From assembly GCA_964510965.1 (NCBI GenBank), contig CAZECX010000003.1, positions 9,670 to 73,669 of the forward strand: 64,000 nt of DNA, written 5' to 3'. This document shows, piece by piece, positions 47,476-56,549 of the stretch; position 1 is the stretch's first letter, and each line of letters starts with the position of its first letter. The DNA comes from an uncultured Nitrospina sp. Lineage in GTDB: Bacteria; Nitrospinota; Nitrospinia; Nitrospinales; VA-1. Under the pieces are notes generated by a model that worked only from the letters and a program-made list of their open reading frames with translations, was not told the DNA's origin and did no database searches. Position numbers and translations under genes: made by a program.

Positions 47476-48996
47476 ATGAAAATCTGTCTAGTACGGCCCC
47501 CTATTTTAGTTCCAGCCGCAAATCTCGTTACAACCTATACTCCGCCAGTTGGTCTGGCTTATGTGGCTGGTGCGCTTCGTGAAGGTCAATTTGAAGTATG
47601 CTTTATTGATGGTCTTGGAGAATCTTTAGATACCCGCCATGATTGGGTTAAAGATTGTTATATTTGTGGTTTAACCCTCGAACAAATAGTCGAAAAAATT
47701 CCAGATGATGTAGACATGATCGGAGTTCACGCCGGATTCTCTTTTGACTGGCCGATGTGCCAAGTGCTGATCAAGCTTATCCGTGAACGCTTTCCTAATA
47801 TCACAATAATTGGGGGGGGTGAACATGTTACTGCGGTGCCAGAGGAAAGCCTTTTAGAAAGTTCGCTTGATATAATCGTCTGCGGCGAAGGAGAGGAGAC
47901 AGCTGTTGAGATAGCCAAAGCAGTTGAAAATGGGAATACAAACTTAGAATCTATTACTGGCATTGCATTCCATTCCAAGGAGGGCAAATTTATTAAGACG
48001 GACCCTCGCCCAAGACTTACAAATGTAAATGACATACCCTCACCGGCTTGGGATATTACTCCACTTCACGAATACCTTGATCGTGGCTTTGGCTACGGTG
48101 TTAACCGCGGTCGGTCAATGCCCATTGTTGCGAGTCGTGGTTGCCCTTATCAGTGTACATTCTGCTCAAGCCCAAATATGTGGACCACTCGTTGGGTTAT
48201 TCGTGACCCAGAGTTGTTGTTGGATGAAATGGAAAAATCGATGGCGACTTATGGCGCTACAAACTTTGACTTTTATGACCTAACATTTGTTTTGAATAAG
48301 CGCTGGTTGATTGATTTTTGCAGTAAAATAGTAGATAGAGGTCTCAATATCACCTGGCAATTACCAGCCGGTACTCGTTCTGAAGCGATTGACAGTGAAG
48401 TAGGATATTGGATGCACCGCTCGGGATGCAAAAACATGACTTATACCCCTGAAAGTGGGTCGCCTTCCGTGCTTAAACGGATCAAGAAAAAAGTAAATCC
48501 GGAATCAATGGTCAGTTCGATTCGCGGTACTGTTAAAGAAGGCATTAACGTCAAAGTTAATCTGATTTTTGGCTTTCCTGACGATACAATTGGGGAATAT
48601 TTTGAAACTTATAGTTTTATTATAAAAATGGCATTAGCTGGGGCCCACGATCTATCTATTTGGGGCTTTTCTCCTTATCCTGGCACAGAGCTTTTTGACA
48701 GACTTAGTCTTCAGAACCGGGTAAAACTAGACGATGAATTCTATGATAGTTTAAGAACCTATAGTGATCAGACTAAAATAACCTCGTACAGTGAAAATTT
48801 TTCTAACAACGGCATTCAAGTTTTACGGGTCTTTGGTCTTAGTCTCTTTTACAGCATGTCTTTTCTACGACGTCCAATCAGACCGTTTTTGGTTATAAAA
48901 AATTTAATCAAAGGAACTCAAGAGTCGAGAATGGACAGGGGAATATCAGATGCTTTACGTAGACTGATGTTCTTTCGAGCAAACACAAAGCAGTAA
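47476..48996 (+). CDS. Cobalamin-binding-domain radical SAM protein (class B)
   Basis: B12-type N-terminal domain (KICLVRPP, VDMIGVHAGFS, TIIGGGEHVT, CGEGEETAVE) and cluster motif ASRGCPYQCTFCSSPNMWTTRW. Paralog of 56470-58047. It contains a G8 tract at 47812-47819. Confidence 0.85.
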   Translation: MKICLVRPPILVPAANLVTTYTPPVGLAYVAGALREGQFEVCFIDGLGESLDTRHDWVKDCYICGLTLEQIVEKIPDDVDMIGVHAGFSFDWPMCQVLIKLIRERFPNITIIGGGEHVTAVPEESLLESSLDIIVCGEGEETAVEIAKAVENGNTNLESITGIAFHSKEGKFIKTDPRPRLTNVNDIPSPAWDITPLHEYLDRGFGYGVNRGRSMPIVASRGCPYQCTFCSSPNMWTTRWVIRDPELLLDEMEKSMATYGATNFDFYDLTFVLNKRWLIDFCSKIVDRGLNITWQLPAGTRSEAIDSEVGYWMHRSGCKNMTYTPESGSPSVLKRIKKKVNPESMVSSIRGTVKEGINVKVNLIFGFPDDTIGEYFETYSFIIKMALAGAHDLSIWGFSPYPGTELFDRLSLQNRVKLDDEFYDSLRTYSDQTKITSYSENFSNNGIQVLRVFGLSLFYSMSFLRRPIRPFLVIKNLIKGTQESRMDRGISDALRRLMFFRANTKQ

Positions 48997-49509
48997 TTTA
49001 AAAAGATAGTCGCAAATTTAACACCATTAGAATTTCTTATCCTCCAGTTAGTCCAACTTTTAAACTACTTGGACTAGATCTATTAGTTTTCCATTAAACG
49101 GCTCGTTGTATTAATTTTCCAAAAACTTCCTGATGCTGCAAACCCCGTCCCGTTGAAAATTCGAGTTCACTTGCATGATGAGCATCAAAAGAAAATTGGA
49201 ATAAAGGCGACATGTTATAAACCTTAAGACTACTGAGCCCAGGAAGCTGCGCGCAACAGAAATTATAGGTTGAGCCTGACCTGACTCACTGAACAGAGGT
49301 ACTGGATATCTATGTTTTTAGACGGTTATCCGAGGCCAGAGAAATAACGAATAGCTGGTCAGGGAGTGCAATGAAGAACGTCCTCACGACTAACTCAAAA
49401 CGAAAAAACTCTAAAAGTCAGCGGCTCTGATTTTGGGAGGATTACAGAATCCAGAGATGTAATTAAAGTTAAAATGAACAAAAGTCGCATGCTAAAAAGT
49501 TGGTGCAAC

Positions 49510-51048
49510 TTACTTTCGCGCCCAGTTTATTGCCGTCGCTTTTCCCGGAATTAACTTTATTAATCCAAAGGTATTTAATACACGCAAAATAATAAAGTTC
49601 CATCCAAAGTGGCGAAAAAGTTTTAACGCTTGCAGCATATGTTTAGTATAAAATTTGAAATATGTAACAACTATATACTTGCGATAGGATAGGCCAATCA
49701 AATTGGGGTTTTTATAGTGTTCCGTCAGGGGCGTTTTTGGTTCATTACTATTTACGGACGCCTCAACTTTATCGGGAAATTCGTATGAAGGTTGAGGTTT
49801 GGTCGCCAATGCGAAATTATGATATTCCGATGGTAGGTAGGCTGACGAAATCTCCCCTTCTTTGACCAGTTTATCATAGATCGGTGTTCCCGGAATTGCC
49901 TGAAACACATGAAACTTAAAAAAATCAAAGCGACATTCCACCACGAATTCTCTTGTCCTTATTAGGTCTTCATAGGTCTCGCCAGGATATCCAAGAATAA
50001 AAAACCCGATCACATACAGGCCCGCGTCCTGCATTTCACGGACAATGGGTGGCACAACATCTAAATCAAGATCCTTTTTCATCAAGTTTAGTGTATTCGA
50101 CGACCCGCTCTCTGGTGCCACAAACATTGTACGCCAACCCGCTTTCCTCATTAACTCCCATAATTCTCCAGAGCCACGCTCCATTCGAATTCCATTTGGC
50201 GTTGAAATGGTAACATTCAGGTCCGCATCAGCAATATCACGGCAGACATTTTTTGCATATCGGACATCAAACGTAAAATTGTCATCGATAATGTTGATAT
50301 GTTTGATGCCGTAACGCTCTTTTAGATCATTGACCCAATCGATCAAGTACTGAGAGGAATGCTTTCGCACCGCTTTCCCGCTAATCATCGGTGATGCACA
50401 ATACTCACACCGATATGGGCATCCTCTTGTAACCCAAATTGGCGCATTATTTTTTTCACGAGTAAGATAGCGATAACCTCTGTCAATATATTGTTTTAGC
50501 TGTATGGCATCGTAATCCGGAAGCTTTAAAGCATCCAAATCATCTACCAGGGTCACAGCACCTTCCAATACAGAAGAGTTTTCTCTCTTTAAAACGATTC
50601 CTTCAATGTCTTGATAATCATGCGATCCTTCATAAACCCTGTCTAGAAAAAGACTAAAGTCATTCTCGGACTCACCTCTAAAAACAAAATCAACTTCGTC
50701 GTTCTCAATAACGCTTTCCCAATAACCGGTGGCATGAGGCCCTCCCATAACTGTACATGCTTGAGGATAAACAGCTTTCACGGCTTTTGCACAATCCAGC
50801 GCCTCCATAAACATAGGGGACCACGTGGTAATCCCGACTATTGCAGGGGTAAACCGTTGTATACACTCTTTAAACTCGTAGGAACTAGCTTTGATATCTA
50901 ATAGGGAACAATCAAGGATTTCTATCTCAAAATTTTGGGGATGTTTGATATTTGCCTTAAGATATGCAAGGCTCATAGGTATTACCGAGCTGGTATCAAA
51001 GCCATGAGGGTTAACCAATAAAACCTTTAGTTTTTCTGAATTTTCCAT
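49510..51048 (-). CDS. Cobalamin-binding-domain radical SAM protein (class B)
   Basis: B12-type N-terminal domain (LKVLLVNPHG, AIVGITTWSP, TVMGGPHATG, RGESENDF) and cluster motif VTRGCPYRCEYCASP. Confidence 0.85.
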   Translation of the reverse strand: MENSEKLKVLLVNPHGFDTSSVIPMSLAYLKANIKHPQNFEIEILDCSLLDIKASSYEFKECIQRFTPAIVGITTWSPMFMEALDCAKAVKAVYPQACTVMGGPHATGYWESVIENDEVDFVFRGESENDFSLFLDRVYEGSHDYQDIEGIVLKRENSSVLEGAVTLVDDLDALKLPDYDAIQLKQYIDRGYRYLTREKNNAPIWVTRGCPYRCEYCASPMISGKAVRKHSSQYLIDWVNDLKERYGIKHINIIDDNFTFDVRYAKNVCRDIADADLNVTISTPNGIRMERGSGELWELMRKAGWRTMFVAPESGSSNTLNLMKKDLDLDVVPPIVREMQDAGLYVIGFFILGYPGETYEDLIRTREFVVECRFDFFKFHVFQAIPGTPIYDKLVKEGEISSAYLPSEYHNFALATKPQPSYEFPDKVEASVNSNEPKTPLTEHYKNPNLIGLSYRKYIVVTYFKFYTKHMLQALKLFRHFGWNFIILRVLNTFGLIKLIPGKATAINWARK

Positions 51049-51599
51049 CGAAAAATACGCCTCGTAATTTAACCTAAATGCCTCACTTATATAACTCTTC
51101 TACATATATTACACAACATTAAACCAAAACAAAATACGGAAAAAGCTGGGAACAAAAATTAAAACTTAAATATACTCTTTCCTATGCCATCCCTATAACA
51201 TTTATTTTCTATTATCCAGGACAGAACCTAACCCAAAAATTCGATTATTAATTTCTATATCTGTTTTTGGACCAAATTTAGAAGGCAGACTTATTTGGGG
51301 CATCGTTTCAGATTGTGCTCCGAAGGAGTTATGTGAATTCCACACGGGGGTTATAGCTTTAACAGTACAGTTAGGCTATTCCAATGTCCTTTAAGAAAGG
51401 GCTGGGAGACAATTGTTTATTATAGCCGATCTCGACGTTATCATCCATGATCCAGTATAGTTTAGGAACCCGGTTGAAATTGTTTTATTTTCTATGGGAA
51501 TATTAACATCTTTGATAACATCTTTAATGGTAGTCAATCTAACAGGATTGATGAACCTGGTTTTCAAAAACAGGTTAAAGAGTCTCTGCAGAGGGTAAA

Positions 51600-52514
51600 A
51601 TGGTTGAAATCACAGAAAAAGATGTTGAGGATTTTGAAAAAGATGGTGTCATAAGGGTTAAGGGCGCTATAAATGTAAACCAGTTAGAAAAACTGGACCG
51701 CGCATTAACCCCCTATCTGGCTCGTAAAAAACTACTCAACAAACTAATGTTTGGAGATTCACTTTTTTTTTCACAACCAAACGTTTGGAAGTCTGATCCG
51801 TTTTTTCTAAAATTCGTACAACAACCAATAATTATTGATTTGGCGGCTAAGTTACTCAGGTCAAGTCGGGTTAGCCTTCTGCAAGACGTAATCTTCTTGA
51901 AGTCTTCAGGTTCTATAAAAGAATTCCCCTGGCATCACGATATTAGTTACGCTCCCATTCAGGGAGAAAAGATAATGTCTTTTTGGATGGCAACAGAAAA
52001 CGTTTCTTTACATAATGGAGGCCTCCAGTTTATTAAAGGTTCTCACCGATGGACTGAGAATTTTGGTCCTCCCCCAAATCTACTTCCTATATCAAAATTT
52101 CTTCCGCAATATTGGATGAAAAGTAAAACATCGAATTTCAAAGCCAGGACACCTGAAGACTCTGATAAATATTCTAAAAATGATATTGTGTCTTTCGACT
52201 TGGAGCGGGGGGATCTTCTAGCATTTCATGGCAGGACCCAACATCGATCAGGCCCCAATTATGCTGAAGAGATCGACCGAAAAGGATACGTGGTACGCTG
52301 TACCGGAGATGATATTATATACGATCCTCACTCTGACACTGGGGCGGCATTCCAGCTCTGGAATGCAAAACTGAATTCGGGAGATAAAATGAGAGGTCCA
52401 TTATTTCCTCTACTCTATGAGAACGGCAAATACCTGGAGTTAAAATCAGATGGCCCAGAAAAAGGTCGAATGTGGAGAGTGCTTCTTAATAAAACTTTAC
52501 CTCTTCGTAAGTAA
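51600..52514 (+). CDS. Phytanoyl-CoA dioxygenase (PhyH)-family Fe(II)/2-oxoglutarate oxygenase
   Basis: GAGGG SD. The facial-triad context is FPWHHDISY (HxD) with a distal His in FHGRTQHRSGPN. Confidence 0.7.
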   Translation: MVEITEKDVEDFEKDGVIRVKGAINVNQLEKLDRALTPYLARKKLLNKLMFGDSLFFSQPNVWKSDPFFLKFVQQPIIIDLAAKLLRSSRVSLLQDVIFLKSSGSIKEFPWHHDISYAPIQGEKIMSFWMATENVSLHNGGLQFIKGSHRWTENFGPPPNLLPISKFLPQYWMKSKTSNFKARTPEDSDKYSKNDIVSFDLERGDLLAFHGRTQHRSGPNYAEEIDRKGYVVRCTGDDIIYDPHSDTGAAFQLWNAKLNSGDKMRGPLFPLLYENGKYLELKSDGPEKGRMWRVLLNKTLPLRK

Positions 52515-52716
52515 GCCCGTTTATGATTCATCTCTGAACCAAAAAAAAACGATAAGACCGCCAGGGAGAATCTTCTGTTTTGGAAAGTGCTGTTGCCTTG
52601 AAAAGTGATTTGGATGTTTTAAATCTTCCAGATTACCATGCAATACAACACGCACTATGGTCGTTATAAGGGTGAATATTTTAGCCCGTAAACAATGCTA
52701 GGGAAGGAATACAAAC

Positions 52717-53559
52717 ATGGCAGTAGGGCATCGCGCTGGGAACTGGAAAGCGAAGGCTTTTGTTTTATTTAAAAAATTTCATATTAGCAACTCTGTATCT
52801 GGTGAGATATATAGACTATATAACCGAGTTAATAATTTTATTAAGTATAGAGATCCTTATTTTTTTCGTAGTGTTTCTATAGAGATATCAACTAATTGTA
52901 ATCGGACATGCAGTTATTGCCCCAATGTACTAGAAGGAACTCCAACTGAATTCATGTCGGAAGATACCTTTAATAAGGTCATAAAAGACCTTCAATCTAT
53001 TAATTTTTCCGGCATTATTAATTACCATTTTTATAATGAGCCACTATTAGATAAAAGGCTCCCGGAATTTGTTCGCTATGTAAGAAAACATCTTCCATCT
53101 TGTGTTAGTCGAGTTTTTTCTAATGGAGATTTTCTCACCTTAGACTTGGCTGATAGATTAATTGATGCTGGTGTGGCAGATTTTAACATTACTATTCATG
53201 ATAAAAGTGATGCGAAGTTGTTAAAGAAATTGAACCCAGTTCTTGAAAAATATCCCGAGTATTTAAGTATATCGACGCTTCGTGATAAGCCCTTATTTAA
53301 TCGGGGGGGAGCTGTTGAAGTTGATTTGCTTGACAAGAAAGATGTCTGCACTGATCCTTTGGAAGTTCTTCAAGTGGATTACAAGGGTAATGTGCTTTTA
53401 TGCTGTAATGATTATTACCGAAAACATTCGTTTGGTAATATAGCTGATGAAGAAATTTACCAGATTTGGCAAGGAGATGATTTTTTTAGCTTGAGGCGAG
53501 AGCTGAGGAGGGGCATCGCTAAATTGGAAATTTGTCGAGTCTGTATGGGAAAAGAATGA
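52717..53559 (+). CDS. Radical SAM protein with Cys-rich C-terminal (SPASM-like) region
   Basis: AAGGAA SD. Cluster motif IEISTNCNRTCSYCPN and C-terminal cysteines (VCTDP, LLCCNDY, ICRVCMG). It contains a G7 tract at 53303-53309. Confidence 0.8.
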   Translation: MAVGHRAGNWKAKAFVLFKKFHISNSVSGEIYRLYNRVNNFIKYRDPYFFRSVSIEISTNCNRTCSYCPNVLEGTPTEFMSEDTFNKVIKDLQSINFSGIINYHFYNEPLLDKRLPEFVRYVRKHLPSCVSRVFSNGDFLTLDLADRLIDAGVADFNITIHDKSDAKLLKKLNPVLEKYPEYLSISTLRDKPLFNRGGAVEVDLLDKKDVCTDPLEVLQVDYKGNVLLCCNDYYRKHSFGNIADEEIYQIWQGDDFFSLRRELRRGIAKLEICRVCMGKE

Positions 53560-53727
53560 AACTAACTTTTAAACCTACCTCTGAGTTTCTTTTACATTAG
53601 AGATAAAGTAAGACCATCTAGAGTTAATTTCCAAACCCTCTAAAATCGCCGTAGAGAACAGGAGCAACAGACATAGAAAAAAGCGCTCTGTTCCAAAACA
53701 TCCACTTCATTAATTTGATCAGGTTCT

Positions 53728-54492
53728 TTAAGAGTTACCTCGGCGAGTGAATTCGAGCAATAAGCGGAAAGACAGGAAACGCCCAACAAATGGCAAAAGT
53801 AATCGCTCTAAAGATAAAATGAATTTTACCGTCCATTGTGGGATGAGGCTCCATGGTTTAAAACCACCGGCAAGTGGAAACGCAAGAAGGGTATGATAGC
53901 GAAAGTCGAACTGTTCAAATTCTGGTAGTTCTGCCTTTAGCTTAGAGTTGTATTTACCTTTTAATAATGTGGCTATCGCCAGGTTGGCTAATCTTGCATC
54001 GCGTAAAGGATCAATAATTCCCTTTTCAAGAGGATCAACACTCATGTTCATCTCTTCCACGTGATATAATTTGTACAAGAGCCAACTGCAAGGCGTGATT
54101 GCGGAGTCCAGTAGAATGAGCTTTCCTCCAGACTTAAGCAAACGTGAAGCTTCTTTTAAAAAGTAGATAGGCCATTCAATATGATGGAGAACGTCAATTG
54201 CGATTATGTTGGCAAATGCGGCGTCACGAAATGGTAATTTCTGTGCGTCGGCCACAATATTAATCCAAGGCGATGGCACGATATCCGTGTAAATAATATC
54301 ACCGAAAATACGACCTAAATTACCGCTGGCACTTCCAACTTCCAGCGTCTTGCCTTCAACTGATAATTTTCGGAGCTCCTGGTAACAGTCCTCATAGATT
54401 TCTTTTAGAACGGGCTTTCTTTCGAAGACATTTCCAATACTTTCTATCCATTCACCTGGAGATACATTCTGGTCTTGGGGACGGTAGTTCAT
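53728..54492 (-). CDS. Class I SAM-dependent methyltransferase
   Basis: Motif I GKTLEVGSASGNLG, acidic loop IIYTDI, and GGKLILLD. Confidence 0.7.
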   Translation of the reverse strand: MNYRPQDQNVSPGEWIESIGNVFERKPVLKEIYEDCYQELRKLSVEGKTLEVGSASGNLGRIFGDIIYTDIVPSPWINIVADAQKLPFRDAAFANIIAIDVLHHIEWPIYFLKEASRLLKSGGKLILLDSAITPCSWLLYKLYHVEEMNMSVDPLEKGIIDPLRDARLANLAIATLLKGKYNSKLKAELPEFEQFDFRYHTLLAFPLAGGFKPWSLIPQWTVKFILSLERLLLPFVGRFLSFRLLLEFTRRGNS

Positions 54493-54753
54493 GTCTATCC
54501 TTGATTTTTAAATATATCAGTTACCATTTTTGCGCCATCATAAATAACCTACCCCTAGCTTGACTTTAAGTCCATCATATGGAAGGCCTGAGATCTTATC
54601 ATAGGTGAGGGATGTCAGGTACCCCTGATTGTAGAATTACCTTTCGATTGTAGAGCTAAATTCACACAAGAAGGAAATAATAAAAAACAATTATAATTTA
54701 AAAACGCCTTTTCACCTTGTTGACTGAACGTATCACCCTTTTCCATGGTTAAT

Positions 54754-54924
54754 GGTTGACTAATAGCCAAGCCCCTTATAAAATTTTAATTAAATTGAAA
54801 AATAGGAAACTTGCTTTCTACAAAACCAATCCAAGAACTTCTAAATGAAACAAGAAAGACTCCCCATTTTTATCGCTAAAAGACCCATAGTCTCAAAAAC
54901 AGGTGCCATTTACGACGAACCAAC
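54754..54924 (+). repeat. Copy A of a ~170-bp imperfect direct repeat (promoter + 5' end of a class-B radical SAM gene)
   Basis: It aligns by eye at roughly three quarters identity with 56378-56549. Both copies share GGTTGACTA, AAGCCCCTTATAA, CTTGCTTTCTACAA, AAATGAAACAAGAAAGACTCCC and AGGTGCCATT. It includes TTGACT (54756-54761), N17, TAAAAT (54779-54784). Confidence 0.8.
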
Positions 54925-54979
54925 ATGGGTCCGAAAGGCATTATTGGTCGTTCAAAATCTAACCAAAAGATACTCATGA
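54845..54979 (+). pseudogene. 5' remnant of a class-B radical SAM gene (44 codons, then stop)
   Basis: It translates as MKQERLPIFIAKRPIVSKTGAIYDEPTW..., matching the N-terminus MKQERLPITFVRGPIVSKIGAINNESTP of 56470-58047. Similarity decays after about 27 codons and the frame stops at 54977-54979. Confidence 0.7.
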
Positions 54980-55218
54980 ATCCAGAAGGATAATGAGACT
55001 GGCTGATAGATTTCGCAAAACCAAGGCCTTTTCTTCAATTAACATGTAGTTGTTTGAGATATACAATTTCCAGATATTAGAAAAAATTAGTCTGAATTCC
55101 TGAAGCAGGTTGGCTATACAGGCAAGATACTACTAAAGGTATTATAATAAAATGCCGAAGTAATAATACAGAAGATTTATTTAATTAGAAGCTATTTTAT
55201 TCCTCTTCGTACCCCAAA

Positions 55219-56376
55219 ATGAATATTGACCTTCCCTATCACCAACCCTTCATCGAGGACGATGAGATCAATGAAGTGGTTGAAACGCTTAAATCCGGCT
55301 GGCTGACCACGGGTCCCCGTACTTTCCAATTTGAGAAGGATTTCAAAGAATACATTGGTTGTGGTCATGCTATCGGACTGAACTCTTGTACCGCTGGCCT
55401 CCATTTGGCTTTGAGCACACAGGATTTTGATCCCGGTGATGAAGTTATCACTACCACGATGACATTTCCTGCGACCGCGAGCGCCATGGTTCATGAGCAG
55501 CTAACTCCAGTTCTCGTTGATGTGGAACCGGGAACAATGACAATAGACATAAATCGAATCGAAGAAAAAATAACCCCTCGCACCCGGGCTATAGTGCCTG
55601 TCCATTATGCAGGGCATCCTTGCGATATGGACCCCATTATGGATTTAGCACGAAAAAATAAACTTGTGGTGATTGAGGATGGCGCTCATGCAATAGAAAC
55701 CAAATACAAAGGACGCAAGATAGGCAATTTGGGAAACCCAACTGCATTCAGCTTTTACGCTAACAAAAATATCACCACTGGGGAAGGGGGAATGCTGACA
55801 TTGAATGATGAATCCATGGCTGACCAGGTCCGCATTCTTCGTTTGCATGGGATAAGCCGAGATGCCTGGAAACGTTTTGGCAAGAGCGGGTTTGTGCACT
55901 GGGATTTTGAAATGCCAGGGTACAAATTCAATATGACGGATATCAATGCCGCTATGGGTATCCATCAGTTGAAAAAAGCAGGACGCTTTCTTGAAGTGCG
56001 CAAGCAGTATGCTTCCTTATATGATCAGGCCTTCAATCAGGTACCTGAAATTGAAGTACTTGAAACTCGCGATTATGCTGAACCCTCGCACCATTTGTAT
56101 GTCATCGCCTTAAGGCTCGAACAGCTCACCGTGACAAGAGACGAATTCATTGACACGATTCAATCTACGGGAATTGGAGTCGCAGTACATTATCGAGCAC
56201 TTCATCTTCAACCGTATTTCCAAAAAGAATTCAGAGCCAGAATGGATACATTTCCCATTGCCACTCGCTATTCTGAAAGTGTTATCTCCCTCCCACTTTA
56301 TCCTCGCATGTCTGTCAAAGATGTAGAGCGCGTTATTGGAGTGATAACAGATTTAGTCGCTCGTTTTCGCCGTTAA
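55219..56376 (+). CDS. DegT/DnrJ/EryC1/StrS-family PLP-dependent sugar aminotransferase (second copy)
   Basis: LPYHQPFIEDDEINEVVETLKSGWLTTGPRTFQFEKDF and the lysine region SFYANKNITTGEGG. Confidence 0.85.
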   Translation: MNIDLPYHQPFIEDDEINEVVETLKSGWLTTGPRTFQFEKDFKEYIGCGHAIGLNSCTAGLHLALSTQDFDPGDEVITTTMTFPATASAMVHEQLTPVLVDVEPGTMTIDINRIEEKITPRTRAIVPVHYAGHPCDMDPIMDLARKNKLVVIEDGAHAIETKYKGRKIGNLGNPTAFSFYANKNITTGEGGMLTLNDESMADQVRILRLHGISRDAWKRFGKSGFVHWDFEMPGYKFNMTDINAAMGIHQLKKAGRFLEVRKQYASLYDQAFNQVPEIEVLETRDYAEPSHHLYVIALRLEQLTVTRDEFIDTIQSTGIGVAVHYRALHLQPYFQKEFRARMDTFPIATRYSESVISLPLYPRMSVKDVERVIGVITDLVARFRR

Positions 56377-56377
56377 A

Positions 56378-56549
56378 GGTTGACTATAACGCAAGCCCCT
56401 TATAAGATTTTAAATTAAGTTGAAATATCAGGAAGCTTGCTTTCTACAACCAATTTCCAGTACTACCAAATGAAACAAGAAAGACTCCCGATCACTTTTG
56501 TTAGAGGACCCATTGTCTCCAAAATAGGTGCCATTAACAACGAGTCAAC
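56378..56549 (+). repeat. Copy B of the ~170-bp direct repeat (functional promoter/5' end of 56470-58047)
   Basis: See copy A at 54754-54924. Confidence 0.8.
56380..56408 (+). promoter_or_regulatory. Candidate sigma70-type promoter of the radical SAM gene at 56470
   Basis: TTGACT (56380-56385), 17-nt spacer, TAAGAT (56403-56408). The same architecture is conserved in the duplicated copy at 54756-54784. Confidence 0.4.

Noticed and set aside
51763-51771. Poly-A/T tracts inside coding regions: T9 at 51763-51771 in the dioxygenase gene, A9 at 22652-22660 in a radical SAM gene, and A8 near 3911-3918.
   Set aside because: A/T homopolymers of this length are expected by chance in such AT-rich DNA, unlike the G7-G8 tracts reported as a finding.
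55192-55494. 100-aa minus-strand ORF overlapping the 5' end of the DegT-type aminotransferase.
   Set aside because: It is antisense to a gene with unambiguous DegT motifs, and no motif or SD supports it.
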